From Leucoraja ocellata (Eukaryota): a DNA stretch of 64,000 nt. Positions 13,482 through 28,200 of the stretch are shown one piece after another. Made by a program: the position numbers and the translations under genes. The stretch's first letter is position 1, and each line of letters starts with the position of its first letter. The notes under the pieces were generated by a model that saw only the letters and a list, made by a program, of their open reading frames with translations, did not search any database and was not told the DNA's origin. The stretch lies in assembly GCA_036785375.1 (NCBI GenBank), contig JAWMAR010000053.1, forward strand, positions 6,758,001 to 6,822,000, read 5' to 3'.

Positions 13482-13753
13482 TCACGAGAAGGGCATGTTA
13501 GTAGTCAGTCCTCGAATTCGGTTTTCTCTGCTCATTTTCTTCAGCTTCATTCTGCGATTTTGAAACCAGATCTTCACTTGTCTGTCGGTCAGATTCACGC
13601 CCTTACTTATCTCTAGACGGCGCTCACGAGTCAGATACATATTAAATAAAAATTCTTTCTCTAATTCCAGAGTTTGATGTTTTGTATAAGGGCATCTCTT
13701 TTTCCTTCCACTATGTGCTGTTAGCCAGTTGCTTATCGGAGTTTTGGTCTCTT
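13482..13753 (-). CDS. hoxd10: Hoxd10 exon 2 (homeodomain)
   Basis: [73 protein letters not shown], paralogue 10. Acceptor CTGATAG| at 13754/13753. Confidence 0.95.
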
Positions 13754-14814
13754 CTATCAGAAGTAAGAAACAAGAAATGAGATTCTGGTAAATACGCCTC
13801 TTACACAGTGCAGTGCATTTAAGGCTCAACACTTAGGATTAAATACAAAAACAATCACGGCCTCATTAGTTATATCCAACAACAAATTAATAAGTTACTC
13901 ATTGACAATTGATTTTTAAAAAATCGATACATATTATTATAATTGGAAAAAGAAATGTGGTTCAATAAAGTTATTGAAAAAATATATTTGCAGTTTGGCA
14001 AATAATGCTACAAAATATTTCGTTTCATAATTTGAACAATTTAGCAGAGATTTGTTAATCTACCCAAATATACCCTACTCACACGAACACAATGGGTTTG
14101 CAGGTAACGTTATTACCTGTGAACTGCTGCTTTCAGATCATAGGTTTTATCCCCCACCAATAGGTCGTTTTTCAAATTCATAACTAAATGTAGTGATTCT
14201 ATAATACCGACAGTACAAATATGCTGATAGTAATTTCAGAAGTAAATCTTCACATTAAACGTATCACGGCTGCCTCTTAGAAAGCGGCTCTATTCCATTT
14301 TATGATTATAAACGGCTAGCAATATTTCAATGTATTTGAAAGGAATTTTTTTCCCCACAGGCTATAATAATATGTTATATATTTAATGTAAAGCATTTCA
14401 GGCCAATTGACAATGTTTATACTTCCCCTTCAAACCTTTCAAGTCAGAAATGTTGCAAGTAACTTACATTGCAAGTCACCAAAGTAGCGTCTATAGAATT
14501 AATATATGAATATTTATTCTTCATAAAGATCGTCTTTGGTACTGGAAGGTTGGTACAATACCGTATCTACCATCTGTGCTGGCCTTTATTGTGCCTTTAC
14601 CAATTGCATGGTCGTTAATAAGCAAAATTACCAACAGTTCACCTTAATAACCAATGTGATTTTTGTCTTTATTAAAAGGGAAATAATTGAACAAAAGTAC
14701 ATACAACTTGCCAAATATATCACCACCATAGATACCGCATTATAATGGCAATGTAAGGTTTTGTATCCGCGTCACAATACTGCCATGTTCACATTCAATC
14801 TTTCCATCGCTCAC

Positions 14815-15553
14815 CTTCCGCCTCTTTGTCCGTCAGTTCCGAGCCAGACTCGCCGTCTTTGGCGGTTGCTCTGGCCTCCAGTAAACTCGGCTTTGGCTCT
14901 GGACTTTCCACATATATCCCCTTTACGGATTCCTGGGCGTTTGGTTTCTCGTTTACTTTCGTTTCCGCTGGAGATGGGTCGGACACCTGGAGTTTACTGA
15001 TAAACCCAGGGTTTGAATGCGGCATTACATTGGAACTGAGCTCTCCACTGTGATTATAGTCCAGACCTTTCTCTAGTGGGTAAGCCTGGCAGAGTCTGAA
15101 ATATCCCGGGATGGGAATCTCAGGGTTCTCAATAGAACAGCCTTCGGTTACCAGCCTGGAATAGGTGGGAATTGTGGTGGGGTTTACTTTGACCCGCTTA
15201 TCAGAATTATACATGCAGCAAGTGCTTTCTTCCTTTATGCTAGTAGGAAAAGAACACGTGGGCATCTGTGGAGTAACAGGTTGCTCAATTCGACATGGTC
15301 TGGAATGGTCAGCCCAACCATCTACCTGAGATAAATACGGATGAACGCTCATGCTCATATTTTGATGGGTGATCTCTCCTCGTTTAGTCATGGTCGGGAA
15401 CAGTCCACAGGTCTGCATTCCGTAAGTTCCCATGTCCATACTCGACGGCGTGTACAGGGAGCTGTTTGAATAGAAGCTGTCACCCCTGCAAGCACTGATC
15501 AGGGAATCTACTAAAAACGAGTTGGTAGCGGGAGAGCTATTGGGACAGGACAT
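14815..15553 (-). CDS. hoxd10: Hoxd10 exon 1
   Basis: ATG at 15553 starts MSCPNSSPATNSFLVDSLISACR, with Hoxd10 motifs YGMQTCGL and IPGYFRL. Donor GAAG|GTGAG at 14815/14814. Spliced CDS 1011 nt, 336 aa. Confidence 0.95.
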
Positions 15554-18500
15554 TTTGGAGAGCAATTTGAAGAAAGCAGAGGATGTCCTTTGTAAGCTGA
15601 CATCTCTAACAAAACATTCCCTGTGTAATTGTGGAAGCCTCTGTACAGCCACATGACTACTGAGCCAATGGTATTTGAAAGTGGCCTTGAGGCACTACCT
15701 CCCCGAACATCACATGATCGCCAGGCAGTTGAATTTGATCTTAACTGTGGACAACAGCGACACCTACAAACCCAATTCCAAAGCGGCGCCCGCTCTTGTT
15801 CACGTTAATCTGCCCAGAGCCCGTCTCAAATCCTTTAACGCATGCAGCTTTTACATTGTATAATCTCATCCCTGCCATCAACGGGAAAGTAATCAGCATG
15901 CTGGTTGTATTCTGTTTGCTAAAAGTGCAACAGTATTATATTTACTAGAAATTCTAACAACAAAGACGTCGATCGATAAAAACTAACTGCAGGCATTTCT
16001 TATTCCATCGTAAACCTCTTCGCAATGAAACGAATGCAGAGCAGAGTGCTGATACCAATCGTAATTTTGCAAACCAAAAGGGTGTCCAGTGTGTGCAGGA
16101 TACCCTATCGCCACCTAGAACCAATGCGGCCGTTGGGTGTTTTGGCATTGAACATGTTGTGAAATCGATGCGTGGAATCACATCTCCATCCACATTGGTA
16201 TTTATCGGTAGATTCCTTGCTGCTGTTTATCCGTTCCAGAATTCATCAGTAGATTTCTTGCTCTCTAAATAATCGTTGCACATCTGCAAATGTTTCGTTA
16301 CAAGTTAAACCAAATCTTCGTGAGAAAAAAAAATGTCTACTTCACACCCTCACCACGGTGGGCGCCAATGCTTTCTATTATACAAAATATCAATGCTGGG
16401 TAAAAGCCAGAAACACCTCGGGGTTACAATACACACTTCTTAATGCGGTATTTGCGGCCGAAATTTTACACGGACATACAAAATTTAAGACTGTGGGGGA
16501 GGAAGCGCCGCGTTTGCAAAACCTCTCATTAATTTGTTAGGGCAGAGAGTGACCTTTAATGAAGATTATTGGCGCTGGGGGTTTATTACTTTATTCTAAA
16601 AACTCTCCCTAAGGTTGAGTTCTTACCACGTTCTCCCTGTTCCATCGCCGATGATGATCGGTGGAAATATTCTCCATAATAGGACGAAAAGGTGTCACCC
16701 TCTCAAAATCAAACTATCGTGTAAGGTAACAGAAAGGCTGCCAGAACGCCCTCCTAGGGTCCACCGCTCGGTGTTTGTTGAATTTAGTATGACGGATGCT
16801 CATACTATTTGTGCTCTTACCCGTAGCAAGCGCTTTCTGACCTCTCTGCGCTTCTCGAGGCAAAATGCCAAATAAGAGCACACATTCACGGCTGACTATC
16901 GGAAAAACTAGCTCGATGGGGATCAGCTATGGAGGATCAATTTGACATCCACATAAAACGAAAGATATTTCCTACTTCACACCAAGAAGTGTGAAGGGGA
17001 CAGATTCAGGGTCAAGGTTGTCACGGCTGCGCCATTTCTTTTATTTTTTTAATGTAATTACATCACTCGGTAATTGCTTCAGAATTTGGTAAATATTAGT
17101 CTTGACCCAAACATTCAAAATTATACAAAAATGGCCGTGAACATTGATAATAAGGTGCGTGGATCATGCACATCAGACACAAATGTATACCATTTTTACT
17201 AGACAATCTGCATCCCTACAGTTGAAAACTGGTATTTGTGAAACTATATTTTGTACCACGTTTTATTAACTAATCGAACCTATTTCGCATTACTATTGTA
17301 AGTTCAACGTTGTTTATTCCAAGTCAGAATATGGCCACTTCGTAGCCCTTGGGTGTTTTGTACCACATTCCACAAGGTATTAAATCCAATAAGTATTTGC
17401 AGCGAAGTACAATTATCTTAATTCTGGAGAGCTTATATATTGTTTCCAAAATAGCTCGCTGTACCCAGCAACCACACTTGTCTTGGCAAAGGAGTTCCAA
17501 AAAGCGTGTTACTAACCCTGAGGATCGTTGGGTCATCCTTATTTTCGTGCACAATAAATTGACCAAGTCTTTAACGGCTATGTGAAGGGGCATGTCATGC
17601 ATCCAGTTGAGGCCAGGTGCATGCGGTATTCTTGGTGAATTCGTCATTGATAATGTTCAAGCAACTGATTAGTGCTCATGTGCAAACCTTTCCTTCTAAC
17701 CGAAGGCAAAGCAGGAGTACACATGTAAATATTCCTTCACTTGTCGTCTTGGACATTGGATGTCAATGCGGAGATTAATAGTAAAATGCAAGGGACTTTT
17801 AAATATTATTTATTATTTTCTCCGTCATCAATTTGTAACGTCCTCAAACCTTAAAGTTGGCACAACCTAAATATGTGTCAGTAAAATGAAACAGACTCTA
17901 AATGTTACAGATGCCATTCAGTAAACACATGTATAGAGCATGCTATACCTAGAACATGATACCTAAATAACTACTACATGCAATTAGAGAATCTCGGTTG
18001 TTTTGAGTACATAAGCCACGGTTCGTTGAGAACGCGCCTGACTTCTCTATAGTCCAATATTATTTTTTAATATCGACGCTATTTAGATTAAAATTGACCA
18101 AATCAGCCTGGTGGTGATTGTGGATATGCAGAAGCATATAACTAAGAGGGGTCCTTCGTTAGAAACTAATGCTGCACATTTTCCAGACAAAAAATCCTTC
18201 GCTCTGACTTGAAAAACCGAGAACTTGGCGTCTTCTGGCCGACATTATATAAAACTGGTTTCCTGTAGAAATTGTGGTGTCCAAATCTTCTGGTCTTTGA
18301 TGGAAGCGTTGCCTTGAACTTAATGTAGGCCAGGCATAGTTCGAATGCATTTTCACCACGGACTCATTCCTTTCCACCCACTATAAGGCTCAGTAAATGG
18401 CATACCATGCTAATCGGAATAACATTTACTCTTGCTCCAAATGTGTTAAAATGAAACACATTAGTAACCGCAAAAGTCTGTGGAAAGGCATAATCGTATA

Positions 18501-21500
18501 TTAGTGTATGTGTGTGGATATGTATCAGTTATACATTACTAGGAAGAGGATTTATTAAATTTACTAAGCAATTTCAGCAATTGTGTACTTGGTTATTACT
18601 TATTTATGTTAATTATTGTAATATGTTTGGTAAAACTAATAATAGTGGGATGTCATGTGCATCAAACAGAAAATCGCATTGTACCAATCACTAAAAATTA
18701 CAAGTCAACCACAAATTAACTTTTTTTATAAAGTTCTCAATGACATACGACAACTCGTAATTTCAATGAACTTAAGTAAAATGGTGTCTGCAAACCTGTA
18801 CCCTAAAGTCCCTTGTACGAAAAAAACTCATAAAATATAACGACTACAGATGCACTGGAATTAACGGATATGTATTATTTGCAATATAAAGTGGCCTAGT
18901 AGGCAGGAGAGACTATTATAGAATCAAACCACTGTTATCGTCTGGGTATGCTCACTGGAAGACGAGCCAAGTTACAGCAAAGGAATTGTTGTGTTAGTAG
19001 TACTTAGATAGTAGAATGAGTGATTAGTCTCCGAACGATACTTCCATGTTTAATAACGTAGTTATAAGCTGTTTATGGGGGGAAACCTAAGTACAATCCT
19101 CCTTAAATTAGTTCTAATGATGGAGCTTAATTAAAACCTCGTAATACTTTAAAGCACCAATGTGGAATGTGTTTTGCTGAAAGGATTTTATATATTGGCA
19201 GCTAAATGGATATTAGAGTTAAGCAGGAACATGGAGGCAACTTTATTAGGTTTGCTGTGATTTGCCATAGAACTGATTCGCCATTCTCCCACACATAGCT
19301 TATAATAATAATTTTCCTATCAAATTAATACAAACACTAATTTCTCCAAAAATGATGACCAAGCACTTCAAAATCGTTGCCTCATTTCGTCAGATAAAAT
19401 TTATTTTGTTTTCCTTATGGAGTTAATTAGCGTAATATCCCTTCTTTCATTCCACTTGGTTTCCTCATTAGCCTAAACTGCGGTGGTCTTATGACACAGA
19501 GACCACCGTCCACTTATATCCTGCACTTTTAACCTGATATTCGGACGTTCTCCATATTTCTATGTCAAATTTTAAAATTATTAAAATCACGAGCATGCCA
19601 TCAATTTCAACCTGGTCTTTCAGCTTAAAGCTCCTCGGATAAACACTGAAAAGGACTGTTCGAAAACCTTCCTTCTTATCTGAATATTCCATAAACATCC
19701 GGCCAAAATGCACGCTAAGCGTTCGGCAGTACCACCACGCTTGTTCTTTGACAAACTTTGTTTTAAGGTTACCACCTGTAGATACTTCGGAAATATTTTT
19801 CTTCATCGAATGTTTTCAGTTAAATTGTGTCTGAAAGCCAATTTATTGTGTACACGGCTGCTGCTTTCATTACGCTTGACTACAAATTGCAAATTACTAA
19901 CACAACTCCTCATATTTAAATCACTTCACTCCTTGTCACATCAAATAAACCTTTGCGATTTTTGCTATCACTAAACGATCGGTGATATAAGTAAGCCCTT
20001 ATTCTTACCAGAGTATTAACTTTCCTCTGTTCAAATAATACATGTCCATGCATTTTCGGCGGGATTTTATCTGAGGAAAAGACACGCACTATTTTTATGG
20101 CCTTATAAAATGAACAGGCAGATAAACAATAAACCCTCCCAGAACAGTTTCTCGTCATTTTAAACTGCAATAAAGGTTATTTTTACGAGGACAGAAGAGT
20201 CGAAATTTTTTCCACAAAAATTGACTAAATACTGCGATATGAAGCGAGGATAATCTGCTAAGGATGAAATTCCCCGTTGTCGCGAAATAAGGAATTACGG
20301 CCAGAATGTGATCTTAAGCTCGCTAGCATGGGCCGATGTGAAAAGCAAATGTACCCAATTAATGTCAACATGTTATTGGAGATGAAGTTGTAATTTCTGC
20401 CATTTACCATGATCAACGGTTGTCTATTATGAAATACATTGCTAATGTGGAGATTTGTTTTGAATTGCCAAATTAAGGAGTATTTCTTTGTGTATAATAG
20501 AGATAATTCTTGAAAACTATACCCATTTTGAAAGAAAGATGAACATTTCACAGTTTTAATGTGTCCGGTTGAGTGCACATTTGATCCCACTTGAACAGCT
20601 GATAGAACATGATCAGAATTATATAAGTCACTGACAAATATCGTTCGTCTCTATTGTCAGTGATATAAAGCGGTAGCTGCACATTTTCCATTGCTAAAGT
20701 ACATGTTTCATCCAATATTTCCACTTTTGCAAAAGAAAGGAGAAATTCAAAGGCAACGATGACGTGAATTGCTTCCTCTTTTTAAGGAAATTAAAATTGT
20801 GCTTTAACACTCCTTACTATCGAGGTGGAATGTATAAGCTAAAACGTTAGGCGGTCTTCGTCACTATATAATTTTGTAAAGTACTCTGGAAAGTGGGGAA
20901 GATATGAGGAGAGATCTTTGAGAAGCAGTAATCAGAAAGCGTTGGTTAAAAGAGTGTGTGCTGGCATTTCAAGCGCCCACATCAGCAGGATGAGAACATC
21001 ATTGTTCAGCATTTATCTGTTCGGCTTAGCAATGTTCACCTTACTCGGAATTTGAAACTAGAAATATTATGTTCCCTGTAGTTTACTATATACATTTACA
21101 ATTGTTATTTGAAATTGCTAGATAAATAATTCCCCAACCTATTTTTTTTCTACAGCTCGTTACAAAAGCTTTGTTCGGCCCCATGGATGCAAGTCCAACA
21201 TTCCTACGTCACACACATCTGATCAACGATTTTAACAAATAAACTAAGTAAAATTAAACGTATCCTTTGGAGAAATATCTTTGGGACATTTTTTTAATAA
21301 ATATGATTTTGTAGCGTTCCAGCGAATGGCATTCCAGCGAACACATGAAGATTTGTTTTACTTCGAAGCGACTAATAAACCAAACCAATAAAAACAAATC
21401 GCAGTTTACCATTACAACGAACTCCTTTTCACTTAACTACCTTCCTCGGCCTGCTGCTCCAGATATCTGATGGCAGCAGAACGTTACCGCTTGCAAGGCT

Positions 21501-23914
21501 TCACATTATATCAGTTAATTTCATGTTCATCTCCGAAAGCCATTGCCACAGACCTCGCTTGCAAGTGCGGTCGTGGTCATGGGCTGGAGTGCGCCTCCAT
21601 GTGGCTCTTTACAAAAGCAACCATCTTTGACAATGTTCAGAGTATCACTGTAAAATTATTTTCGCTGCTCTGCGTTCATTTTTTAAAACCTTAATCTAAC
21701 TATATTATGTGTTATGAGTCATTGAAGGAAGAATTGCACCGGCTCACCTCTACATAGTTAAGAATTGAACATTATAAGAGCACGGAATATGTGGAGGTGT
21801 CACACATACGTGGAAATCTTCAACCATTGAGTCATAAATTACATTTTCTCCCATTTCCATGGAAACCAAGACCCTCGCAGATGATTGGTGTAGTGTACAG
21901 ACATACGATGAATATTTTGACTAGTTCAGCTCGCATGTGTATAAACTATACGGTGTAAAGCCCAGCGAGGAGCAAATGGATGTTCATAGCAACATTCAAG
22001 AGTATTGTTGAATATAATCTTAACGCTTAGTAATAAGAGTATTGTTTTTACATTTTTACCAGTTGAGTACTTAAGCATGCGCACACAATAGTATCTTCTA
22101 AACATTGGAGAATCAGTTTTACTTTGGAGCTGGGGAAGCTACAAGAGCAACCCAACAGCCACCAGGCGCCTATGTCTTTAAAAAGGTTAAAGGTGGTGAC
22201 CTTGACTTTATAGAAGTTCAAAGGCAACATTATAAGCATCCTCTTCACGAAATATGCTTTAGTATGCTCAGGAGACGACACCACTTTTTCAGCATCATCC
22301 TGGTCTTCATTAAGTTTGACAGATTCAATGGACTTAATTTATGCACGATCCAGTTTTTGTTAAACTTTTTTTTTCAAATGTGAAACTTTATTAATGTAAT
22401 TGATGTTGCGGCTTCTTCCTTTTTTAAATCATCTGGTCGCCCCTATTTACTTTGATTTCCTTCGGTCCTTTTGTTTGGAATAGAATGCGGAAGCCCATCT
22501 TCGTGACTAGAAGGTGCAATAAGTCGCCATTAAGCTGTTTGGAGCAGTGAACTTTACGATGTTGTCTAGACAGTTCAAGGTTTTGTAAACAGCAAAGCCA
22601 TGTCATGCGGCACGGAAATTTGGCAATTCTTTTTCGAAGAGTTTTGCGAAGCTTAACTCGCTCTTCTAATAAGTCTCCGAGGTGAGCTGCAAGTTGTCCG
22701 AACTTATGTATACATTTAAGTGCCTCCCTTCAGCTGAAATTCAGCTAATTGTTCACACATGTTGCTATTTGTCCTTTGTCTTCACAAGTAATCGAAATAG
22801 ACCCATCAATTGATTTCCAGGTACTGACTGATAATGATATTAAATCAAATATTTATAAAAACAAATTACAGCTTTCTATTATGCCTAAGAAGCAAAACTT
22901 CAGTTTAACATATAGCTTTACATCTAAAATAGAGCACATTTGTGTTTCCATTTTTGTATCAAGGCTGTATGCTAAATGGCTGCTCATAGAGACGTGAAAC
23001 ATAAGAACCTGGGGTCCACATATGCTGAAAATAGTCAAGAGATTAGGCAACTCGGATTATATTTCCGGTTTCCACTATTTTGTAATTAATCCATTAAACT
23101 ATAAGGTTTGCTTTTCGTTATATTGCAGAATTTAAGAATAATTATGTTATTTGACGGTGGTCTTTGGAACCATTTGCACGGAATTTTCTTATACAGACGC
23201 AAATGGTCGTTTTATCGTAAAATGATGTTTTATTTGAAATATTTGGAATAACATATTGAAATTTTAATATTAACATATTGAATGTTTATTTGGAAAGGAA
23301 AGACATCCTATCACATGCATTTACCGTGAAATGTCATATTAGTGGGTAACCCGGAAACATTATTATTAACATCACATCAGCTTTAAACGTCCCTAGCTAC
23401 AGTATATTACAATTATCTCATGACATAGACTGGAAGGGTAAAGTAATAAATATGCATTTCTTCTTTTCACCGGAATACACAACTTAAACAATTCTGGTTA
23501 GTTTGGCTAACATCGACTAAAAGAAGAAATCGAGCACATTGTCTTATGTGATTGACCCATCGCTGTGAACTAACAATATTTAATTTTAGCCCTCCCTTAC
23601 CCCAGTTTGCTGTTTAAAATGAAAACCGTTTATGGTCCCTGAATATCCCGCAGAATCAAACTTCTTCCTTTGGAACGGAATAACATCTATGCTGAGGTAA
23701 GAATGTTTCCTAATCAACATTACGTCCATGTTATCTGAACCATCGCGTTATCTCAAATTCAATTCTATATTAATCGTTTAAATTGTTTTCCATACAAGAA
23801 CAGCAAAACCGTTTCCATCAAACTTGCAGTCCCTCCTTGTGTAAATAAATATTGACTAAGGCAATGAAGAGTCGGCCAAAGGGAATCCATCAGGGTATGT
23901 ATGCTGTATCATAG

Positions 23915-24147
23915 TCACAATAAAGGATTGCCAGTAAAAAAGTGCAGGCGGTCTCTGCTAAGTTTCTTCTCCTTCATTCTACGATTCTGAAACCATATTT
24001 TGACTTGTCGGTCGGAGAGGTTCAGCATCCTCGACAATTGCAAGCGTTTTTCTTTGTTGATGTAGACATTGAAGAAAAATTCTCGCTCAAGTTCCCGGAT
24101 CTGATATTTGGTATAGGGACATCTTTTCTTCCTGGATCGCAGAGCAG
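23915..24147 (-). CDS. hoxd11: Hoxd11 exon 2 (homeodomain; not in the ORF track)
   Basis: Hand translation: (T)[76 protein letters not shown]. Acceptor CCACCAG| at 24148/24147, TGA at 23915-23917. Confidence 0.95.
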
Positions 24148-24688
24148 CTGGTGGAAAAATGTTTTAAAAAAGTTACAAAATTATCTTTAAACCAATAGAC
24201 GCGATCTTTATTTTCTTGTACCTAGTTAAACTTGATGTAAAATGGCGCAAAACATAACGGTCACACACGGCTACCTTTAATTAATCACCATAGAGATATA
24301 CAATAAATATATGTAATCGCGTCTTTAATTAATTTATTGCATGCTTATACCCATATTGAAAGTTAAGTAGCAGAAACGAATCCTGAATTAAACTCGGTCT
24401 TGTTTGCACGAACGAAAGGATTCGCGAAGCATAGAACAAAAATATCCTCGCACAAATAATAGTCACATTAAGAAATCAATACAGGAACTTAAACATCGAG
24501 TAATCATGATTTTGCATATTCCAAAAGCCCACCTAAACTGATTTCCCATCGTAAACAATCTTTACAGCTTTAAAGCAGATCTTATAGGGTATATAAAATC
24601 CTGCGTCTGCTTATAAAATTTCACATAAAATCTGTGAGACAAAATGTGTTGGCCCTATATTCTACCCCTGGGTTACCAGTGCACCTAC

Positions 24689-25292
24689 TGGATACGCTGT
24701 CTTTGTCCGCCACACTGTTACCGGAGGATTCGCCGGTGTTCTTTTCGGTTGCACTTTCTTTCGTCTGATCCACAGAAACTTTATCAGACGTTGTAACACT
24801 CTGGCACGTAGACACGGACTTTTCGGTCAAATGTTCATAATTAGAAGTGTCGGGAATCCCATAGGCTGTCTCAAAAAACTGATCAAAACCTTGCGGGAGT
24901 ATTCCATTCCTGCCAACTGTGGTGTAGAAATTGCAAGATGGATTTGAGCTTGCACGCTGACTGTATAGATTATCATTTTTAAACAACATTCCCGTCCTGG
25001 CCGGTGGCTGAATATAGTCTCTGTGCATGATCTCTTCTGCAGGGCAATAAGGAGTATAGTTGCCCCTGTAATGCCACTTGGTCGGAAGTTCTAACCCGTA
25101 GTCTCTGAACGATACTTCGCGAACAGGTTGGACCTGAGCTAAATTAGAGGAGTAAGGAAATGTCATTTGGCAAGAAGTCGTCTGCGGTAAGAACGTTGAC
25201 ACTGTCGAGAAATCTTGGCCTGAAACATAGTAGGTGCAGCTGGGTAGATACATGCTGGAGTTGCAGCTACCACGCTCTTCAAACTCAGTCAT
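24689..25292 (-). CDS. hoxd11: Hoxd11 exon 1
   Basis: MTEFEERG...MYLPSCTYYVS...QVQPVREVSFRDYG...VGRNGILPQGFDQFFETAY, the Hox11 N-terminal region. Donor CCA|GTAGGT at 24689/24688. Spliced CDS 837 nt, 278 aa. An in-frame upstream ATG lies at 25346. Confidence 0.93.
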
Positions 25293-28200
25293 GTTTTGTT
25301 TTCGTGGTTTCGAGAACAAATTATCAGGATTGATGGCGTTAAGCATGCTCCATCTATTCTACTCTAAAGGCGTATGAACGGGTCGGCGAAAGAAAAAAAA
25401 AAGATTGGGAACGTAAGCTGACGTGCAATTCATCTTGATTGATTCTGAGGGTAAACGAGTCATGTGATCCAATGTAGAAATTACCATATATCAGTTTTGG
25501 TCATTAAGATCCATCCTTGGGAACCGGTAGATAATTCGAAATTAGCCTATTGCCTTTCAGTAGTTACATGTTAGCTGCGTTTTTTCCCCATGATCGAGGA
25601 GTGAGGAAAAAAACAAACTCTACAATAAATAATGAAGTGTCCGTATCGTAGTCTGTCATATTTGCATTTGGACTTTTGAAAGCATCAAAACCATCAACTG
25701 GGGTTCATTAGCTGGTGAATTCATATTCATAATAACGCGAGACTATTCTGTCAGAACGAATATAAATTATTATATTTTACATTTCGGAATAATTTGCTGT
25801 TGGCAAATGCAAATGTTACTTGCAGACTAAACTACGTCATGGTTAAATTATGTATTTATAAATTCTATGAATACAATTTTCAAAATATGTATCATACAGA
25901 AACGTGTGGAAATGCCAATGATAGTAAAGGATAATGAAATTATTTTGAAATGGCTAGTTTTTAATTATTTTGCTTCTGCTTCAGTATATTAAATAAATTA
26001 GGAACGTGCTATTGACAGGAATATGCAATTACCTATCTAGCTTTACTGCTTTAAATGATAGTGTATAATTTACATTTTGTAAGCCGATTGTGTCCAGGAT
26101 GTGTGAATTTAATATTATATTTTAGCACTAACAGGATGTGTATAAATCACGGGATTTTGAAGGTTGGAGTCTCGTGAACTGCTTGAAGTCCAACCCCACA
26201 GCATCCACCACCATAACGACTAACATCACAATATGGTCGTGCTACAAAAGTTAGAATATTATCAGGACACGAGAGTCACTCTAGGTACGCTATTATTGCG
26301 AAGCTTCCTTTCCAATTAAAACAATGGAAATGTAATATGAAAGTCTGGAATGTCAAAAAGATGGGAAATTGCTTTCAGTACGCTTAAGGATTAAAGACCC
26401 TGTATTGATGCGCTTTTCCGTAATTCACTCAATTCCAATAACCTGGTTCTTTAAAAAAAATAGTTTGATTTGCACGAGAGTGAAATTTTGATTTGAAAAG
26501 TATTTGAATCTCCACACGTGGGCTACACTGCAGCTCTCTTAATGGAACACCAGTCAAGCGAAAATTAAACCAGAGGAAGGCTGCAAGTAACTATCAAATC
26601 TAAATTGATCTATAGGATAAATAGCATCACACAGAGAGAGAAAAAAGTTATCCGGTGCAGAAGTAGCTGTTCGTATTAATGTTTATTTTTATGTTATTCT
26701 CCCATATTATGCATGATCAATGTTTGACGGATTAAAATCCATAGTTGAGCACATTTACAGCTGGCGGTTTAGATCAAAATTCTGTGCCACAAATTCGAGC
26801 AATCTGAAAATGACACTTAAATAAATTGGGAACTCTCGATTAACAAGAATATGCAAATATATATCTTATACTGACCGAACTGACACGCACTATTGTTGAG
26901 CTTTTTATTTTTGGAAACAAAATATTTTTTTTCTGAAACATATATAGATTACTAGAAACTTCTAAATACAATAATATGCGAATTTAGATTCGTTGAATCC
27001 ACGGGCACATGGATATAAAATGTACCATCCGGTTGATGTCAGCATAAGGCATGTGACACTGTACTGGTTTAATTAGTGAGATCCAGCTTCCAGTGTGCTA
27101 TTTGTTTGCTGTAGATATAATAATGATACTACCAGATAAAGAAAGTCTAGTTTGCTAAAAGATCGGAATTTGATTTCACTACCCGTAATGATTAAACCCC
27201 GCATACCGAGGAGGTTAAATCAAAAATGTAAAACCTAATACAACTAAGTGATCCATCTTCTCGTTAACGGTAATAGGGTATAACAAATATACGGCAAATC
27301 ACAATGAAGGATTAAATGCAGGGTGTTCGGCAGCATGCCATGTAAATTATTAGAAATACGACACTTCTAACACAGGCACACTCACACACTACTATACAAC
27401 ATATGAAGGTTTTAAACGTTCCGTTGGAACCTAATATTTGCCATGTTTCATTAATATGTCTCATCCTTGCGACTACTGTTCATAGGCTCGTGACTTTCAC
27501 GATTTAATCAGTTATTCTGTGGTTATAATACTTCTGCTGTTCAATGCAGCTATTTGAAAAAAAGATTAAAGTACTGGCCAAAACCTCAATGTAATTATAT
27601 TAATTGATCAAAAACTCAACGGCAAAATAGCATTAGCCAACGTTGTTCAATAACATGGCAATAACTGCGAATAGAACGGGAATTACGCGTGGCCTTTGTT
27701 CCCGTCTCGTGTTCGGAGCTCACTTAATGCTTATAGTCTGCAAGAATCTAACACGCTGCAGACTGTCGATGGGGAATCAACGTTAATACCGCTTTACAAG
27801 TTATGTTTTTCTTTGTAGCACAAGTTCAGGTATCATTCTCTTACATACAACATTAAGCGATGCACGAATCTAGCTTGTAGGGCGTTGCTTCTCTTACGCA
27901 ATTCATCTAGACCACGATCTTTGTTTTCAGTTTGACGATCCAGCAAAATATTCGCCTCGTTATATATTTTTTGTGTTGCACTGCACGAAAAAATAATACT
28001 TTACAATGTGGAAAGCAACATTCATTGGTCAGGCAGAGTACACGGCCAGTGAGCGGTATGTTAGACTTCTGCGGTCCAAAAAGAAGCACTAACTTGACCT
28101 TAACTTTGTTATGGCGCCCCCGGTATCTGGAAAACATGTAGAGACACCGTCTGGCAGCTCGACCATAAAAATGAAATGAAAAAGAGATTCTGGGCGATTC

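Noticed and set aside
22105-22383. 92-aa plus-strand ORF between Hoxd10 and Hoxd11
   Set aside because: Non-ATG start and no recognisable domain; better explained as regulatory DNA containing nuclear-receptor motifs.
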